Virus record (IMG/VR): IMGVR_UViG_3300019863_000024
Span: 1 to 58,956 of that record
Strand: one strand, 5' to 3'
Source: a virus
Taxonomy: Duplodnaviria; Caudoviricetes
Length of the DNA stretch: 58,956 nt
Shown here: piece after piece, positions 9,501 to 19,595 of the stretch
Layout: each line of letters begins with the position of its first letter
Numbering within the stretch: the first letter of the stretch is position 1
The notes under the pieces: generated by a model
Told to the model about the DNA's origin: nothing
The model's database searches: none
Seen by the model: the letters and a program-made list of their open reading frames with translations, nothing else
Program-made: the position numbers and the translations under genes

Positions 9501-10563
9501 TCAGATATTCATTGGAACAGCTTACCATACTAATGATCCTATATATAAGAGAGCTGGTAATGGTACAGTTCTCCCTGTAGTGTTCCCAAGGGCTGAGGTT
9601 GCTCCTCATGGGGATATCTATGATAGTACTGGTAAACTTATTAAGAAAGCAATTACAGAGGAGGAATTCATCTCTGTATGGCCTGATAGACATTCATTTA
9701 AGAAACAAAGAAAAGCTTATAAAGAAGCTGAACTAGCATTAGAATCTGGAGATGCTAAGTTACTCAAAACAAGAAATCAAGAGTATTATGTAAGAGTTGT
9801 ATCATCAAGTGATAGGTTAATAGCTGAGGAGAGTATCAAATTTGTTAATTGTGTAGATGTAATTATGAATGCAAAAGATTACTCATGGTTTGTAACTACA
9901 GATTATACTACATCTAATAATGTAGGAGCTGACTTATCTGGAGCAGCATTATGGGCAAGAGACTATCTAGGTAATACTTATTTAATGATGATTTCTTTAC
10001 ATCTTAAAGCTATTGAGGAGCAGTATGATGATACTTTAGATATGACAGTTAAAGCTACTAACTGGGGTGCAAGATGGGTTGATGTTGGTGTTGAGATAGA
10101 TGGTCAACAAGCTGTTCATTTATATGGTTTAAGGAAACGAGCTGATGAACGAGGTGTACCATTATATCTAGCTAGACAGATCGATCCACAAGGTAAAGGT
10201 GTTACTTGGGAGGGTATTCGTTCTAAAGAAGCTGGTAGTAAGTTATGGAGGTTAAAACTGATTGAGCCTGAGTATAGTATGGGTAGAATGTACTTTAATG
10301 AGACTCTAAAGTATAATGAAGACTTAGACGAGTTGTTAAGAGAATTAGCTTTAACAACACACTTTGAGATTAAGAGTAAGCATGATGATGGGTTAGATAT
10401 ATTATCTCAACTTGCTTTAATGCAACAATGGCATGAGTTACCAAGTAAGGTTATAAGTAAGTCATTAGACAATACTGAGTACAATGATGACATAAGACTT
10501 AGTGAGTTTAATGATATAGAAGAATCATCAAGTAATACTCCTATGTATAATATTAGTTATTAA
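6595..10563 (+). CDS. terL: Terminase large subunit (N4 gp68-like) with two inteins; about 657 aa after splicing
   Basis: Walker A-like STREFSK/S, GRG/TRD..RPDGVVFDDL Walker B region, nuclease motifs TTDYTTS, VEIDGQQ, KHDDGLD. Confidence 0.9.
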   Translation: MYAKIPKTEVKSESGESVLFHDTKGIPRTLPEMQWAKESKYVIPAFRNGSIDVEKLLDYVDVKLDWYTPSEEAFNVINFIRLSMGREPENLNSKAHYFFIDAMLGSDTIKPYYDVRGMDFKAMVGNSLILSTREFSKALAHDTLIATPKGDIAIEDIEDGDYVYSRTGKPTRVKKKSPMFFDNTFEMKLSDGRSFKSSNDHEHILWRRTSKHLGYFDEDGNRVKKGKGKSFRLSGMEEVVMTSQDLEIEGVRASCKITNKNIRGDECKYFIPMIDNPIEYPEVDYPIDPYTVGVYVSDGSNLRRDNDIDLNNCNEIMSDYIVDKQRIPNVLMKGSVYQRMELLKGLMDTDGTIDDKGNTSYTSVSKQLVEDVRDLVYSLGGSAYISERMIGSDSSVVYCVIIRINKSIFKLRRKKDKEVYVSSRNFVAIESFEMVHSVPSYCLAVECPTKSFVMSNGLLTHNSVLVTFFILYIAYTGKKTGFGRVNLLLYVSDRMEGNVKATMRTIKGLVKKSEFLSDAFEDTHFTDSAIRLIRHPRSPKEIKAFRKGMEEGKSLDQIMFRGQRTFTLQGVGSSGGRGPLSLDSILFTDNGKVTMKDIKVGDRVFTPKGNLSTITKKSKIFNNRMFKLTYKDGRTLKVNESHINVAWFRHDRFSNFKKEHITTLDLLDRFRKNNEQIATRFTSKVQYTKKSLIINPYLLGLYLGDGDCEYGKSMRIKGLRNDCESYADKLCNEYNINKSYTIEGNNLTEMLRLTILNTNKILISLDLSGITGENKFIPDEYLYGSIEQRKELLAGLLDTNGSCLLDKRYNTTTISFSNISKNLVDGVAELSRSLGYRARISFKDKGGNRKRLYTVNISSEDNPFILKRKHDAFVKPKRFIEFEKLVNIEEIKSEPSQCIAIDDEEHEFLTDGYLPTHNTRDEDLARPDGVVFDDLIANERDAFSKAILESIESTITSDVGSSLSGNKSFQIFIGTAYHTNDPIYKRAGNGTVLPVVFPRAEVAPHGDIYDSTGKLIKKAITEEEFISVWPDRHSFKKQRKAYKEAELALESGDAKLLKTRNQEYYVRVVSSSDRLIAEESIKFVNCVDVIMNAKDYSWFVTTDYTTSNNVGADLSGAALWARDYLGNTYLMMISLHLKAIEEQYDDTLDMTVKATNWGARWVDVGVEIDGQQAVHLYGLRKRADERGVPLYLARQIDPQGKGVTWEGIRSKEAGSKLWRLKLIEPEYSMGRMYFNETLKYNEDLDELLRELALTTHFEIKSKHDDGLDILSQLALMQQWHELPSKVISKSLDNTEYNDDIRLSEFNDIEESSSNTPMYNISY
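7006..7980 (+). mobile_element. Intein 1 (325 aa, starts with Ala, class-3-like) with LAGLIDADG endonuclease
   Basis: K|ALAHDTLIATPKG ... VPSYCLAV ... GLLTHN|S; GVYVSDG and KGLMDTDG motifs; inserted in Walker A. Confidence 0.88.
8329..9348 (+). mobile_element. Intein 2 (340 aa, starts with Pro, class-3-like) with LAGLIDADG endonuclease
   Basis: RG|PLSLDSILFTDNG ... EPSQCIAI ... YLPTHN|T; LLGLYLGDG and LAGLLDTNG motifs. Confidence 0.88.
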
Positions 10564-10574
10564 AGGAATTAAAT

Positions 10575-10979
10575 ATGACTTATGGTCAAATAAAAGCACT
10601 TACTCAAGTTCTACTATCAGGAGATATGTCCTACCCATCTGATGAGGTAGAGTCAGCAATGATATTAAAATATGCTTTAGAAGAAGTAGCATTGACTGCT
10701 GATACTGCTGTATTATCTTTTCCATTAGAAGAGTTAGGAATGTACCCTGAACGTAGTATTATAAGGGTTACAGAGCAAGATAGAGTAGTCTTTAGAGCTA
10801 AGCTTCCTGTGGATGATGAATCTAAGATTGAGATGGATAATGGTCTTATGTTTGCTGTAGCTAGATTTATGGCTTCATTTGTATCTGTTGAGAATAAACA
10901 ATATCATTTTAATGTTGCTCATAAGATTGTAACTAGATATAATCAGAATAATGCATATATAAATGGTGTAATACTATGA
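10575..10979 (+). CDS. Putative head-tail adaptor (N4 gp67 position)
   Basis: Synteny after TerL; helical, IEMDNGLMFAVARFMASF segment resembles adaptor proteins. Confidence 0.45.
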   Translation: MTYGQIKALTQVLLSGDMSYPSDEVESAMILKYALEEVALTADTAVLSFPLEELGMYPERSIIRVTEQDRVVFRAKLPVDDESKIEMDNGLMFAVARFMASFVSVENKQYHFNVAHKIVTRYNQNNAYINGVIL

Positions 10980-11917
10980 ATCCTCCATTAAAAGTAATCT
11001 TAACAAGAGGATACACAGAACTACTTAATGGTTTACGAGATTTAGTAATATCAAATGAATTTGCAGATGATTGTGCTTCCAAGAAAGATTCTTATATTCA
11101 TATGGTATTTAATGCTGTGTCTTCTGAGTTAGTAATATCTCTTGATAGCTCTAATAGCCCTACAATGGACGAGACTAAAGATATTATGGTTTTAGTTGAT
11201 GATGAAGTAGTTGCTCAAGAGAAAGACCATACAAGTGAGTATTTAGCTTCAATACCTATTGATTCATTCTCTCAAGTTATTGATAAGACTATAATAGTAG
11301 CTGTTAATGGTAGTGATAAATTAAAAGGTTGTATCTTTACTTATCATTTAGTGTTTAATCCATATACTGATTTATTATTAACGAGTGATGATAGTAGAGT
11401 ATACTCTGTTCAACTTATCCAGAATGATGAATCTGAGATACAAATAGCTATTGACACTAGTAATACCCTGTTTATGTTAAATGGAGAACCTTACCCTACT
11501 GGAACTGCTTTAACCAATGCAAAATCAAGACAACTTGTATCAGACACTGTAGGTATTGTTACTGCTGATATAAATGGGTTTATTGTTACTTCATTACCTT
11601 ATAGCATAGATCAATCACCTTGTGTAGTAACCATTGAACAGGGTGAATCTAATAGAGATGATGGTGCATATATAGACTTTATTGTAACTGTAGAAACAGA
11701 TACTCCTCACTCTACATACTATTATATTGATGATAATATTTATAATAGTAATAGTATAAAATATGATGAATCATTAGTTGGTAAGGTTGTTACTGTAGTG
11801 TTAAGACCTGTAGACCAATCTGTATTAACAAATCTTAATAATGTACTTGATAACATTGAAAACTATTGTGCTTTTGATAGATTTACCATAGAACATAGGT
11901 CATATGTCATGCTTTGA
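10976..11917 (+). CDS. Hypothetical acidic beta-rich virion protein
   Basis: 313-aa ORF coupled by ATGA overlap. Confidence 0.6.
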   Translation: MNPPLKVILTRGYTELLNGLRDLVISNEFADDCASKKDSYIHMVFNAVSSELVISLDSSNSPTMDETKDIMVLVDDEVVAQEKDHTSEYLASIPIDSFSQVIDKTIIVAVNGSDKLKGCIFTYHLVFNPYTDLLLTSDDSRVYSVQLIQNDESEIQIAIDTSNTLFMLNGEPYPTGTALTNAKSRQLVSDTVGIVTADINGFIVTSLPYSIDQSPCVVTIEQGESNRDDGAYIDFIVTVETDTPHSTYYYIDDNIYNSNSIKYDESLVGKVVTVVLRPVDQSVLTNLNNVLDNIENYCAFDRFTIEHRSYVML

Positions 11918-12053
11918 TTAAGAAGCTGACCTTATCCACTAAGTAAACTATTTATTTGAAATGGATATAATTTATATATTTATATAATAATAAAGGATTA
12001 TAGTATGGTTTTAGTTAAAGAATTAGATTTAGAATTTATAGTGTGTAATAGTT

Positions 12054-12398
12054 ATGGTGGATAATGAGATGGTAGCATTAACAGAAAAAGTACATAAGTT
12101 AGATACTGATTTAGCTCTTGTAGGTCAAGCTATGGAGTCTAATAACAAAGAGATGTCTAGTTTAACTTCTCAATTAAAGAAATTAACAGAGGGTTTTCCA
12201 ACTATTGCTAACTCTGTTAAAAAGATAGGTGAATTAGACTCAAAGATTAATGCAGTCTCTGATAGGCAGAATAGGTTAGATAGTAGATTACTTATTCAGA
12301 GTGAGAAGCTTGCTTTACATTCAAAGTTATTATATGGTGGTGTTAGTATTATCTTGAGTTCTGTCTTGTTAGCTATAGTTGCATCCCGTGTACATTAG
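12054..12398 (+). CDS. Coiled-coil protein with one C-terminal TM helix (XhlA/holin-like)
   Basis: Heptad-rich N-terminus, then LLYGGVSIILSSVLLAIVA. Confidence 0.5.
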   Translation: MVDNEMVALTEKVHKLDTDLALVGQAMESNNKEMSSLTSQLKKLTEGFPTIANSVKKIGELDSKINAVSDRQNRLDSRLLIQSEKLALHSKLLYGGVSIILSSVLLAIVASRVH

Positions 12399-12415
12399 CA
12401 TCAAAGGAGTACAAT

Positions 12416-12712
12416 ATGAATGAATTTGTTGGACAAGATATTTACCAACCAGATGTTTATATAAATAAGAATACTATACTTGCTGATGGAGCTATTGGTT
12501 ATGATAGATCTACAGGGAAGTTCAAGATAGGTGATGGAACAACTGTTTGGTCTTTATTAGACTTTGTAGTAGGTGAATTAGTTGATGGTAGTATTAATAG
12601 TAGTCCAGATGCAGTTGTGTCTATTGATGCTATAATACATATAGATGGTGGTAGAGCTGACAGTATATATACTGCAGAACAAGTAATTTCAGGAGGAAAT
12701 GCAAATGGCTGA
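12416..12712 (+). CDS. Short tail-fibre-related protein with Mtd_N-like domain
   Basis: ILADGAIGYDRSTGKFKIGDGTTVWSLL motif. Confidence 0.65.
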   Translation: MNEFVGQDIYQPDVYINKNTILADGAIGYDRSTGKFKIGDGTTVWSLLDFVVGELVDGSINSSPDAVVSIDAIIHIDGGRADSIYTAEQVISGGNANG

Positions 12713-13412
12713 TATAATTCAAAAACGTAGAGATACAGCAGTTAATTGGACAAATACAGATCCAATCCTAGCTGAGGCAGAAGAGGGATTCGAAACAGAC
12801 ACTAAGAAAATTAAGATTGGTGATGGAGTAACAGCTTGGTCTTCTCTTCCTTATAGAGGTGGTGGGGTAAGTAGTTTAGTAGGTGGAACAGATATTACTA
12901 TTGACTCTTCTGATGCAAGTAATCCAATTATTTCTTATAGTGGTAGTGCTTCAGGTGGAGCTATAGCTTTCAATGATTTAACTGATGTTAGTATTACTTC
13001 TCCTGAATGGGGGAGTCTTATAGTTTATGAGAATGGTACATGGTTAGATATAAGTTCAACTTTATTTGCAAAGGTAGGTGAACGAAATGTCTTTACAGCT
13101 CCTCAGTTATCTGGTGTAGTTTCAGTAAGTGCAGAACCATTTGATTTAAGTTTAACAAATAAGTTTTCTACGTCCATAACTGCAGATACAACATTAGTAT
13201 TTTCAAATGTTAGTGGTCAGGATGGTATGGGTGGAACTATTTTACTTGATAACTCTAGTAGTTATACTATTTCAGTAGATAGTGCTGTTCTTATAGATAG
13301 TGATTTCTTAACTTCAATTAACTCAGATGGTCGATTCTTAATAGGTTTTGAGGTATTTGGTGGAGAGGTTTATTTAACTTTATCAGGAAAATATGATGCT
13401 GTTTACGTCTAA
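12705..13412 (+). CDS. Tail fibre protein with Mtd_N (hyaluronidase N-terminal-like) domain
   Basis: IQKRRDTAVNWTNTDPILAEAEEGFETDTKKIKIGDGVTAWSSLPY; start at 12705 or 12699. Confidence 0.75.
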   Translation: MADIIQKRRDTAVNWTNTDPILAEAEEGFETDTKKIKIGDGVTAWSSLPYRGGGVSSLVGGTDITIDSSDASNPIISYSGSASGGAIAFNDLTDVSITSPEWGSLIVYENGTWLDISSTLFAKVGERNVFTAPQLSGVVSVSAEPFDLSLTNKFSTSITADTTLVFSNVSGQDGMGGTILLDNSSSYTISVDSAVLIDSDFLTSINSDGRFLIGFEVFGGEVYLTLSGKYDAVYV

Positions 13413-15927
13413 TGCACTTCCTAAGAAGATTGTCTCAGTAAATAGTTCTCAAGACCAAAACCCAGCTCCAGCTCCTATATGTGCAAATGCTCAAATACCT
13501 CAAGATGGTCTTGTATCGTCTTATTTATTTCAAGGTACAGGTGTGGATGGAACTACAACATATAACCTAACAGAGACCAATATGGAATATCATTATTTGA
13601 ATTCCTTAGGTATTGTAGGGTATCTTAATGGTATTGATGGGTATCTGACTACACCATCTATTACTGGTATGACTAATTGGACAATGACTTTTTGGTTTGA
13701 ATCTATTGATGAGACTAAGAGTGGTTTTATATTTATGGGTCAAGATGAGCTTGATTTCTCAATTAAACATTTTGGTGATAATGAATATCTATCCCTCATT
13801 AGTGCAGGCAATGAAGCATTAGTTACTCCTAACAATTCATTACCCGTTAATACATTGAATCATGTAGTTATAACAAGTACATCTACAGGAGTAAATATTT
13901 ACATTAATGGTGTTATCAGTACATCCTCTCAAACTGCATATGATATGCCAACATTTACTTATACTATAGGAACATATAGTCATGAATGGTCTGATATGTT
14001 TTTAGCTAATTTTCATCTATATAGTAGAGTATTAACTGATGATGAGATAACTGGAATATATAGTTTAGAGCTTAATAGACATAATGTAATTGTAGATGAT
14101 GGGTTAGTCCAATTCTATCCTCTTAATGGGAATAGTTTAGATAATGGAGTTAATCAGATTGATGGTGTCTCTACTGGTCTTACCTACACTGCAGAGGCTT
14201 CTACTGGTCTTATTATGGCTGACTTTGATGGTAGTTCAAGTAGCTTATCTATAGACAATACAGTAGCTTTAACGAGTTGGAGTATGGGTGTATGGTTTGA
14301 ACCTAAAGGATCTACATATGGTCATTTACTTATTGCTTCTGATGCTACTACCTTTGAAATTAAATATCTTGATTCTGATAATAGAGTTTATATTCAGAAC
14401 TCTGCTAATGGTGAATTATCAACACCAAACTCTTCAATACAAGATTCAGTATTACAACATATCGTAATAACAAGTACAGATACTAAAACATTTATATATG
14501 TTAATGGAGTTCAAGTTGCTGAGGCAGATGTTAATTACTCTCTTAATGCTGATACTTTTAAAGTTGGTAGTGATGACTCTACATATAGTCTTATGACTTT
14601 ATCAAATTTAAGATTGTATGATAGGGTTATAACAGCTGATGAGGTAGTTAAGATTTATAATATGGAGAAACCAAATTCAGAGTTATGTCCTTTAAATAGT
14701 ATTATCCATGATCCAGATCCATATAGAGATGGTAGTGGTCTTAGTTTATGGAGATTTGAGGGTAACTTACTTGATGATACAGGAAACCTTAACTTAAATG
14801 GTTCATCTACTACATCTAATGCAGATGGTTATACTCAAGATGGTATTTTTAATAGATCAATAATATTAGATGGTTCAGCAAAGTTTATAGAGAGTTCTAG
14901 TAGTGTTCCTGAGTTTAATTTACAACGTTTTAATATGTCTTGTTGGGTTAGATTTAATACTTTAGGTTCATTGCAATTTATTATGAATAATCAAGCTATA
15001 TCTCATAGTAGTGGTGGTGCTAATGCTGGTACATACATATCTATCACTCCTGATAATCAGTTCTCGATTACTTACATGGTTACAGATGATGAAGATTATA
15101 CAGATAGTAATGGAAACTCTGCTACTTCATATAGTATTAGAGCATTATCTTCAACTATTGCTCAAGTCGATACATGGTATCATGTTTCTGGTAATTTTGA
15201 TGATAATTCATGTTCTTTATATATTAATGGTGTATTGGATGCAAATGTATCTACAACACAGCTTATTTCTTGGGACTCTACAGAGGGATATTTTTCTATA
15301 GGAAGTTATGAGATTAGTAGTGGTGATTACCATTATTATATGTTAGATGGAAGTATAGATCAAGCAAGATTCTTTAGTAGGGTATTGACAGAAGAAGAGA
15401 TAAATGCTATATACACTGGAGATAAAAGCTATGCACCACCAGTAGACTCGTCTAATTCAAGTTTAACTATATGGACTATTGATAATAGTACATTTGCTAG
15501 TTTAGATAATGAGTACATTGCTGATAAAGCACCTATTGAAGATTCTTTCCACTATGACTCATCTCTTGGTATAGGCTGGGGTACAAGTGCATCAAATGCA
15601 GTTATAATGACTGTTAATGTACCACCCAATGTTACAGATATGAATATAACATTTAGTGGAGACTATAAAGGTTTGGGTCGTTTAATTATTTTAGATCAAG
15701 ACAGTAATGAATTATTATCATTTCTTGATGGTTGGTCTAATGATGATAGTGGTCAAAGGTTACATATTAGTGATGTATCCGTTTATGAGAATGATGTAGT
15801 AACAGAGATTAATAGAGTAGAATCAATTCCATTAAATGGAGCTACTTCATTAACTTTAAACATGCAGGGTTCTGGTTCTAGTTATACTTATGCACCCAGA
15901 TATATAAAAGAATTGAAATTCACTTAA
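13393..15927 (+). CDS. Receptor-binding protein with three LamG/concanavalin A-like domains
   Basis: Three units with W/H-V-V-I-T...IYxNG...xYxRVLTxxE-type signatures. Confidence 0.8.
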   Translation: MMLFTSNALPKKIVSVNSSQDQNPAPAPICANAQIPQDGLVSSYLFQGTGVDGTTTYNLTETNMEYHYLNSLGIVGYLNGIDGYLTTPSITGMTNWTMTFWFESIDETKSGFIFMGQDELDFSIKHFGDNEYLSLISAGNEALVTPNNSLPVNTLNHVVITSTSTGVNIYINGVISTSSQTAYDMPTFTYTIGTYSHEWSDMFLANFHLYSRVLTDDEITGIYSLELNRHNVIVDDGLVQFYPLNGNSLDNGVNQIDGVSTGLTYTAEASTGLIMADFDGSSSSLSIDNTVALTSWSMGVWFEPKGSTYGHLLIASDATTFEIKYLDSDNRVYIQNSANGELSTPNSSIQDSVLQHIVITSTDTKTFIYVNGVQVAEADVNYSLNADTFKVGSDDSTYSLMTLSNLRLYDRVITADEVVKIYNMEKPNSELCPLNSIIHDPDPYRDGSGLSLWRFEGNLLDDTGNLNLNGSSTTSNADGYTQDGIFNRSIILDGSAKFIESSSSVPEFNLQRFNMSCWVRFNTLGSLQFIMNNQAISHSSGGANAGTYISITPDNQFSITYMVTDDEDYTDSNGNSATSYSIRALSSTIAQVDTWYHVSGNFDDNSCSLYINGVLDANVSTTQLISWDSTEGYFSIGSYEISSGDYHYYMLDGSIDQARFFSRVLTEEEINAIYTGDKSYAPPVDSSNSSLTIWTIDNSTFASLDNEYIADKAPIEDSFHYDSSLGIGWGTSASNAVIMTVNVPPNVTDMNITFSGDYKGLGRLIILDQDSNELLSFLDGWSNDDSGQRLHISDVSVYENDVVTEINRVESIPLNGATSLTLNMQGSGSSYTYAPRYIKELKFT

Positions 15928-15937
15928 GGAGGTAATA

Positions 15938-16606
15938 ATGTGGATAGATAGCAATAATAACGTAATTAAAAGACCAAAGAGTATGGTGACTGATAAAGTA
16001 ACCTATTCAAAAGAAATATTTAATGATGAGGAGAAATTAAACTCATTAGGTATATTTAGGTTAACTGAGGATTTAATTCCTGATAGAAGATATTATTCTT
16101 ATGAGGAAAGTATCAATTATTCTACAAGGAATATAGATAGGTTAAAGGTCGAGAAGCCCTTAGAATCCATTAAAGCACGTATCTTGAAGAATATATCAAA
16201 GTCATTTAAATCAGTGTCTAAAAGGCCTATTGTGGACACAGGACTAGGGTTTAGTATTGATTGTGGTATTGACGATATTAAACGTTTAGAGATAGGTAAA
16301 GAGATGAATACATCAATTATAGTTGACTCTGATGGAGTTCCTCATATCTCATCTCCTGAAATGTATTCCACTATTTTGTTTAAGATGAAAGCTAGAGGTC
16401 TTGAGTTATACCAACAAAAATGGAGTAAGGAGGAAGAAATAAGAAACATGGATACAATTAAAGATATAATGATGTATGAACGATATCCTATTGCTTATGA
16501 GAGTGCATCCCTTGATGAGAATTTAAAACCTTGTCTCGATGTTAATGGTAACCCTATACTTGAGAAGAAAATAAAGTATATAGATAAAGCTACAATTTGG
16601 AATTGA
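15938..16606 (+). CDS. Tail fibre assembly-like protein (DUF4376-like)
   Basis: DTGLGFSIDC...IVDSDGVPH...GLELYQQKW; follows a fibre gene. Confidence 0.55.
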   Translation: MWIDSNNNVIKRPKSMVTDKVTYSKEIFNDEEKLNSLGIFRLTEDLIPDRRYYSYEESINYSTRNIDRLKVEKPLESIKARILKNISKSFKSVSKRPIVDTGLGFSIDCGIDDIKRLEIGKEMNTSIIVDSDGVPHISSPEMYSTILFKMKARGLELYQQKWSKEEEIRNMDTIKDIMMYERYPIAYESASLDENLKPCLDVNGNPILEKKIKYIDKATIWN

Positions 16607-16708
16607 GAATGTATAGGAATATGAGTGTTCAAACTAAATTATTAAATAGTATAGTTGGATTTGATCAAATAGAAAAAGATAAATCACTTTATAGTAAAGG
16701 AAATTAAG

Positions 16709-16963
16709 ATGGCAGAAAATATAGATGTAGGACGTATAGAGATCTTACAGAATGAAATTATGGTTCCAGTAGAAGTTACTCAAGCTAACTTGATACAGAT
16801 TCCCTCATTTGATTGGAATCAGAATGAACCTATTAGGATATCAAAACATGGTGTAGCTACTGATACATGGGTTTCTATTCCACAAAATGCTTTGATTAAG
16901 ATAACACCTCCATTCTATGTCCTTAGTAGATATAAATGTAATATTCCAGCTATGGTGGTGTGA
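16709..16963 (+). CDS. Small hypothetical virion protein
   Basis: 84-aa ORF with AAAGGA RBS, coupled to the next gene. Confidence 0.6.
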   Translation: MAENIDVGRIEILQNEIMVPVEVTQANLIQIPSFDWNQNEPIRISKHGVATDTWVSIPQNALIKITPPFYVLSRYKCNIPAMVV

Positions 16964-19542
16964 TTATGAAAAATAATTTATCATTTATTGACTTAAGTAA
17001 TCATACCTCAGACCCTAGTGATGTTAAAGCTCAATATGAAAGTAATCCAGACACTAATGCATTAACAGATAGTAGAGCAGCAATTGTGGATGCTACTACT
17101 TTAGCTGGTAAAGGGATAACTGATGCCTATACTAAGACAGAGGTAGATAATGCATTAGATGGTCAAAATGAAGCTATTGAGATATCATATGACAACTCTA
17201 GTAGTGGTTTAAATGCTACTAATGTTAAAGATGCTGTAGATGAGCTTGGTAATAGGTTAGATACATCAGGAGCTAAACTAGCAACTATTGAAGAGAATGC
17301 TACAGGAGATCAAACACCTCAAGAGATAAAGACAGCTTATGAGAGTAATGCAGATACTAATGCATTGACTGATGCTCTTAAATCGTCTATAGAACAAAAT
17401 AAAATTAAGAGTGTAGACTCAGATGTAACTAACAATACTTTAACATTCACGTATATTGATGATACAACAACTAGTATAGACTTAACTTCATTAGTACCTG
17501 ATGTTCATGTTTCAGGAGCTGTGTTAGATGCTACTACTAGTGTTTTAACTCTAAGTAGTGAAGATAATGGTGCTGATGTTACAGTAGATTTATCTGATTT
17601 TGTGAATAGTTCAGAGTTAACTACTGCTTTGAGTACCAAGGTGGATAAAGTTATATCAACTGATAATGCTATTGTTAGATTTGATGGTATTGCTGGAGAT
17701 GTACAAAATAGTGATACTACTCTTTCTGATGATGGTAGTCTGACTGCTACTGCATTTATTGGTGATGGTTCACAACTTACTAACTTACCAACTACTGCAG
17801 GCTCAGGTAGCTTTGCTCAACATGGGTTAGTTCCTAATGCAGAGATTAATGAGATAAGACCTCAAGATATGTTTATGGAGATTGATGTAGCAAATACACT
17901 TGTAGATAAGAAAGGTTATCCAGTTAGATTTACTGATAGAGTGTATGATAGACTTGGTGCTGAGTTAATTGTTAATGGTGATTTTAGTAGTGGTTCTGAC
18001 GGATGGACTCTTGATTCAACATGTATAGAAACTATTAGTGATGGTAAGATAGTTATTGATAGAAATGGTAGTTTTTCATATCCTTACCAACAAATTCAAT
18101 TTATAGCTGGTCATACTTATAGAATGTCTTGTAATGTCTTAGAAGAATCTAATGATTTTGTATTTTCTGATGCTAATACAGACTTTGGTTCATATGCACC
18201 AGGTGTAGGGTATTATGAGCTTATATATTACTCTCCTAATACTAAACTCGTTAAATTCTCAATTAAACCTACATCTAGTGTTGATGCTATTGCAACTATA
18301 AGTAATGTATCAGTAAGAGAACTTCCACAATTCTCATTACCATTAGCACCATTTGCTACAGGGAGTACAGATGAGCTACTTGATGATAAAGTAAATGGAT
18401 TAACTACACAAACTAACCATAGTAAAGGTGATATAATTGTTACTGGTAATGAGCTAGTTACTAATGGTACTTTTGACACTGATATTGACGGGTGGGAAGA
18501 TGTTTCAGCTGATGGTGGAACTGCAACTTATAGTAATGGTACTCTCGCACTTTATAGAGATAGTTCTGGTAACACAGGTGCTACAAGACAAATTATTCCT
18601 ACTATTCCTAATGTTACGTATAATTTAGTTTTCTCTATACTAGGAAGTAGAGGAAGAATAACAATTAGAGATAAAGCAACAAACAATGTTTTGTATGTTT
18701 TAGATAATACTACTGGTTCTCATTCTTCTACTTTCGTAGCAGTATCAAATTCAGTGTATATCGAGACATTAAATAATGTTAATGATACTAATAGTTATTT
18801 TGATAACATCTCAGTGAAACTTAAAGAAGACTCGTATATAGCATTACAAGATTCAATTGGTGGTAATACACTAGATAGTATGCCTGAGTTAGTAACAAAT
18901 GGTGATTTTAGTAATGATATTACTGGTTGGGAGCCTATCAGTGATTCTACTTTAACAGCATCAAATAATGAATTAACTATAAAGAGAGATGGTAATGGAA
19001 ATGCGTATCCTAAAGCATCACAAAATTTAACTCTCGCATCAGATAAGTATTATGTAATATCGACTAAATGTGTAAGTTCTACAAGTGGAGCCTATGAGTT
19101 TTACTTATCAAATAGATTACCTAAAACCTACACTCAAAATGATTTTGCAATAGGTAAAGAGATATCATTAACTATTAAAGGGTCAGATTCTAATTCTGTT
19201 ATTCTTGGAGGTGCAAATTTCAGTACAGATAATACTGATGACTCAGTTGTGTTTGCTCCAGTATCTATAAAAGAGTTACCTCACTCGTACTTAAAACATC
19301 CAGATTATTTTAAACCTATTCCTTATGTAACTAAACAAGTAGCTTTACTTATTGAGAAGACAAGTAATGGACAAATCTTAAACACTGTTAAACCTTTAGT
19401 AAATATGTATGGGGAAGACAATGTATTAACTTATGAAGAGGATGTATTTGGTGAGTTAGGATATATTCAGAAAGTTGATAGAGTATACACAGATGGTAGT
19501 AGTGAGTTTATATTACTTGGGTTAAAAGGATATTTAGCTTAA
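16960..19542 (+). CDS. Tail fibre/spike (N-terminal part) with three carbohydrate-binding-like modules
   Basis: Repeated YESNxDTNALTD, FIGDGSQLTNLP, and ELxxNGxF...GW three times (CBM4/9-like starts). Confidence 0.75.
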   Translation: MIMKNNLSFIDLSNHTSDPSDVKAQYESNPDTNALTDSRAAIVDATTLAGKGITDAYTKTEVDNALDGQNEAIEISYDNSSSGLNATNVKDAVDELGNRLDTSGAKLATIEENATGDQTPQEIKTAYESNADTNALTDALKSSIEQNKIKSVDSDVTNNTLTFTYIDDTTTSIDLTSLVPDVHVSGAVLDATTSVLTLSSEDNGADVTVDLSDFVNSSELTTALSTKVDKVISTDNAIVRFDGIAGDVQNSDTTLSDDGSLTATAFIGDGSQLTNLPTTAGSGSFAQHGLVPNAEINEIRPQDMFMEIDVANTLVDKKGYPVRFTDRVYDRLGAELIVNGDFSSGSDGWTLDSTCIETISDGKIVIDRNGSFSYPYQQIQFIAGHTYRMSCNVLEESNDFVFSDANTDFGSYAPGVGYYELIYYSPNTKLVKFSIKPTSSVDAIATISNVSVRELPQFSLPLAPFATGSTDELLDDKVNGLTTQTNHSKGDIIVTGNELVTNGTFDTDIDGWEDVSADGGTATYSNGTLALYRDSSGNTGATRQIIPTIPNVTYNLVFSILGSRGRITIRDKATNNVLYVLDNTTGSHSSTFVAVSNSVYIETLNNVNDTNSYFDNISVKLKEDSYIALQDSIGGNTLDSMPELVTNGDFSNDITGWEPISDSTLTASNNELTIKRDGNGNAYPKASQNLTLASDKYYVISTKCVSSTSGAYEFYLSNRLPKTYTQNDFAIGKEISLTIKGSDSNSVILGGANFSTDNTDDSVVFAPVSIKELPHSYLKHPDYFKPIPYVTKQVALLIEKTSNGQILNTVKPLVNMYGEDNVLTYEEDVFGELGYIQKVDRVYTDGSSEFILLGLKGYLA

Positions 19543-19595
19543 TCGTTAAATAAGTTCGGTTTAGATGTAATATGTGTATAAATATAGGAGTTAAA

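Noticed and set aside
12416-13412. Diversity-generating retroelement suggested by Mtd_N domains
   Set aside because: No reverse transcriptase and no template/variable repeat pair seen
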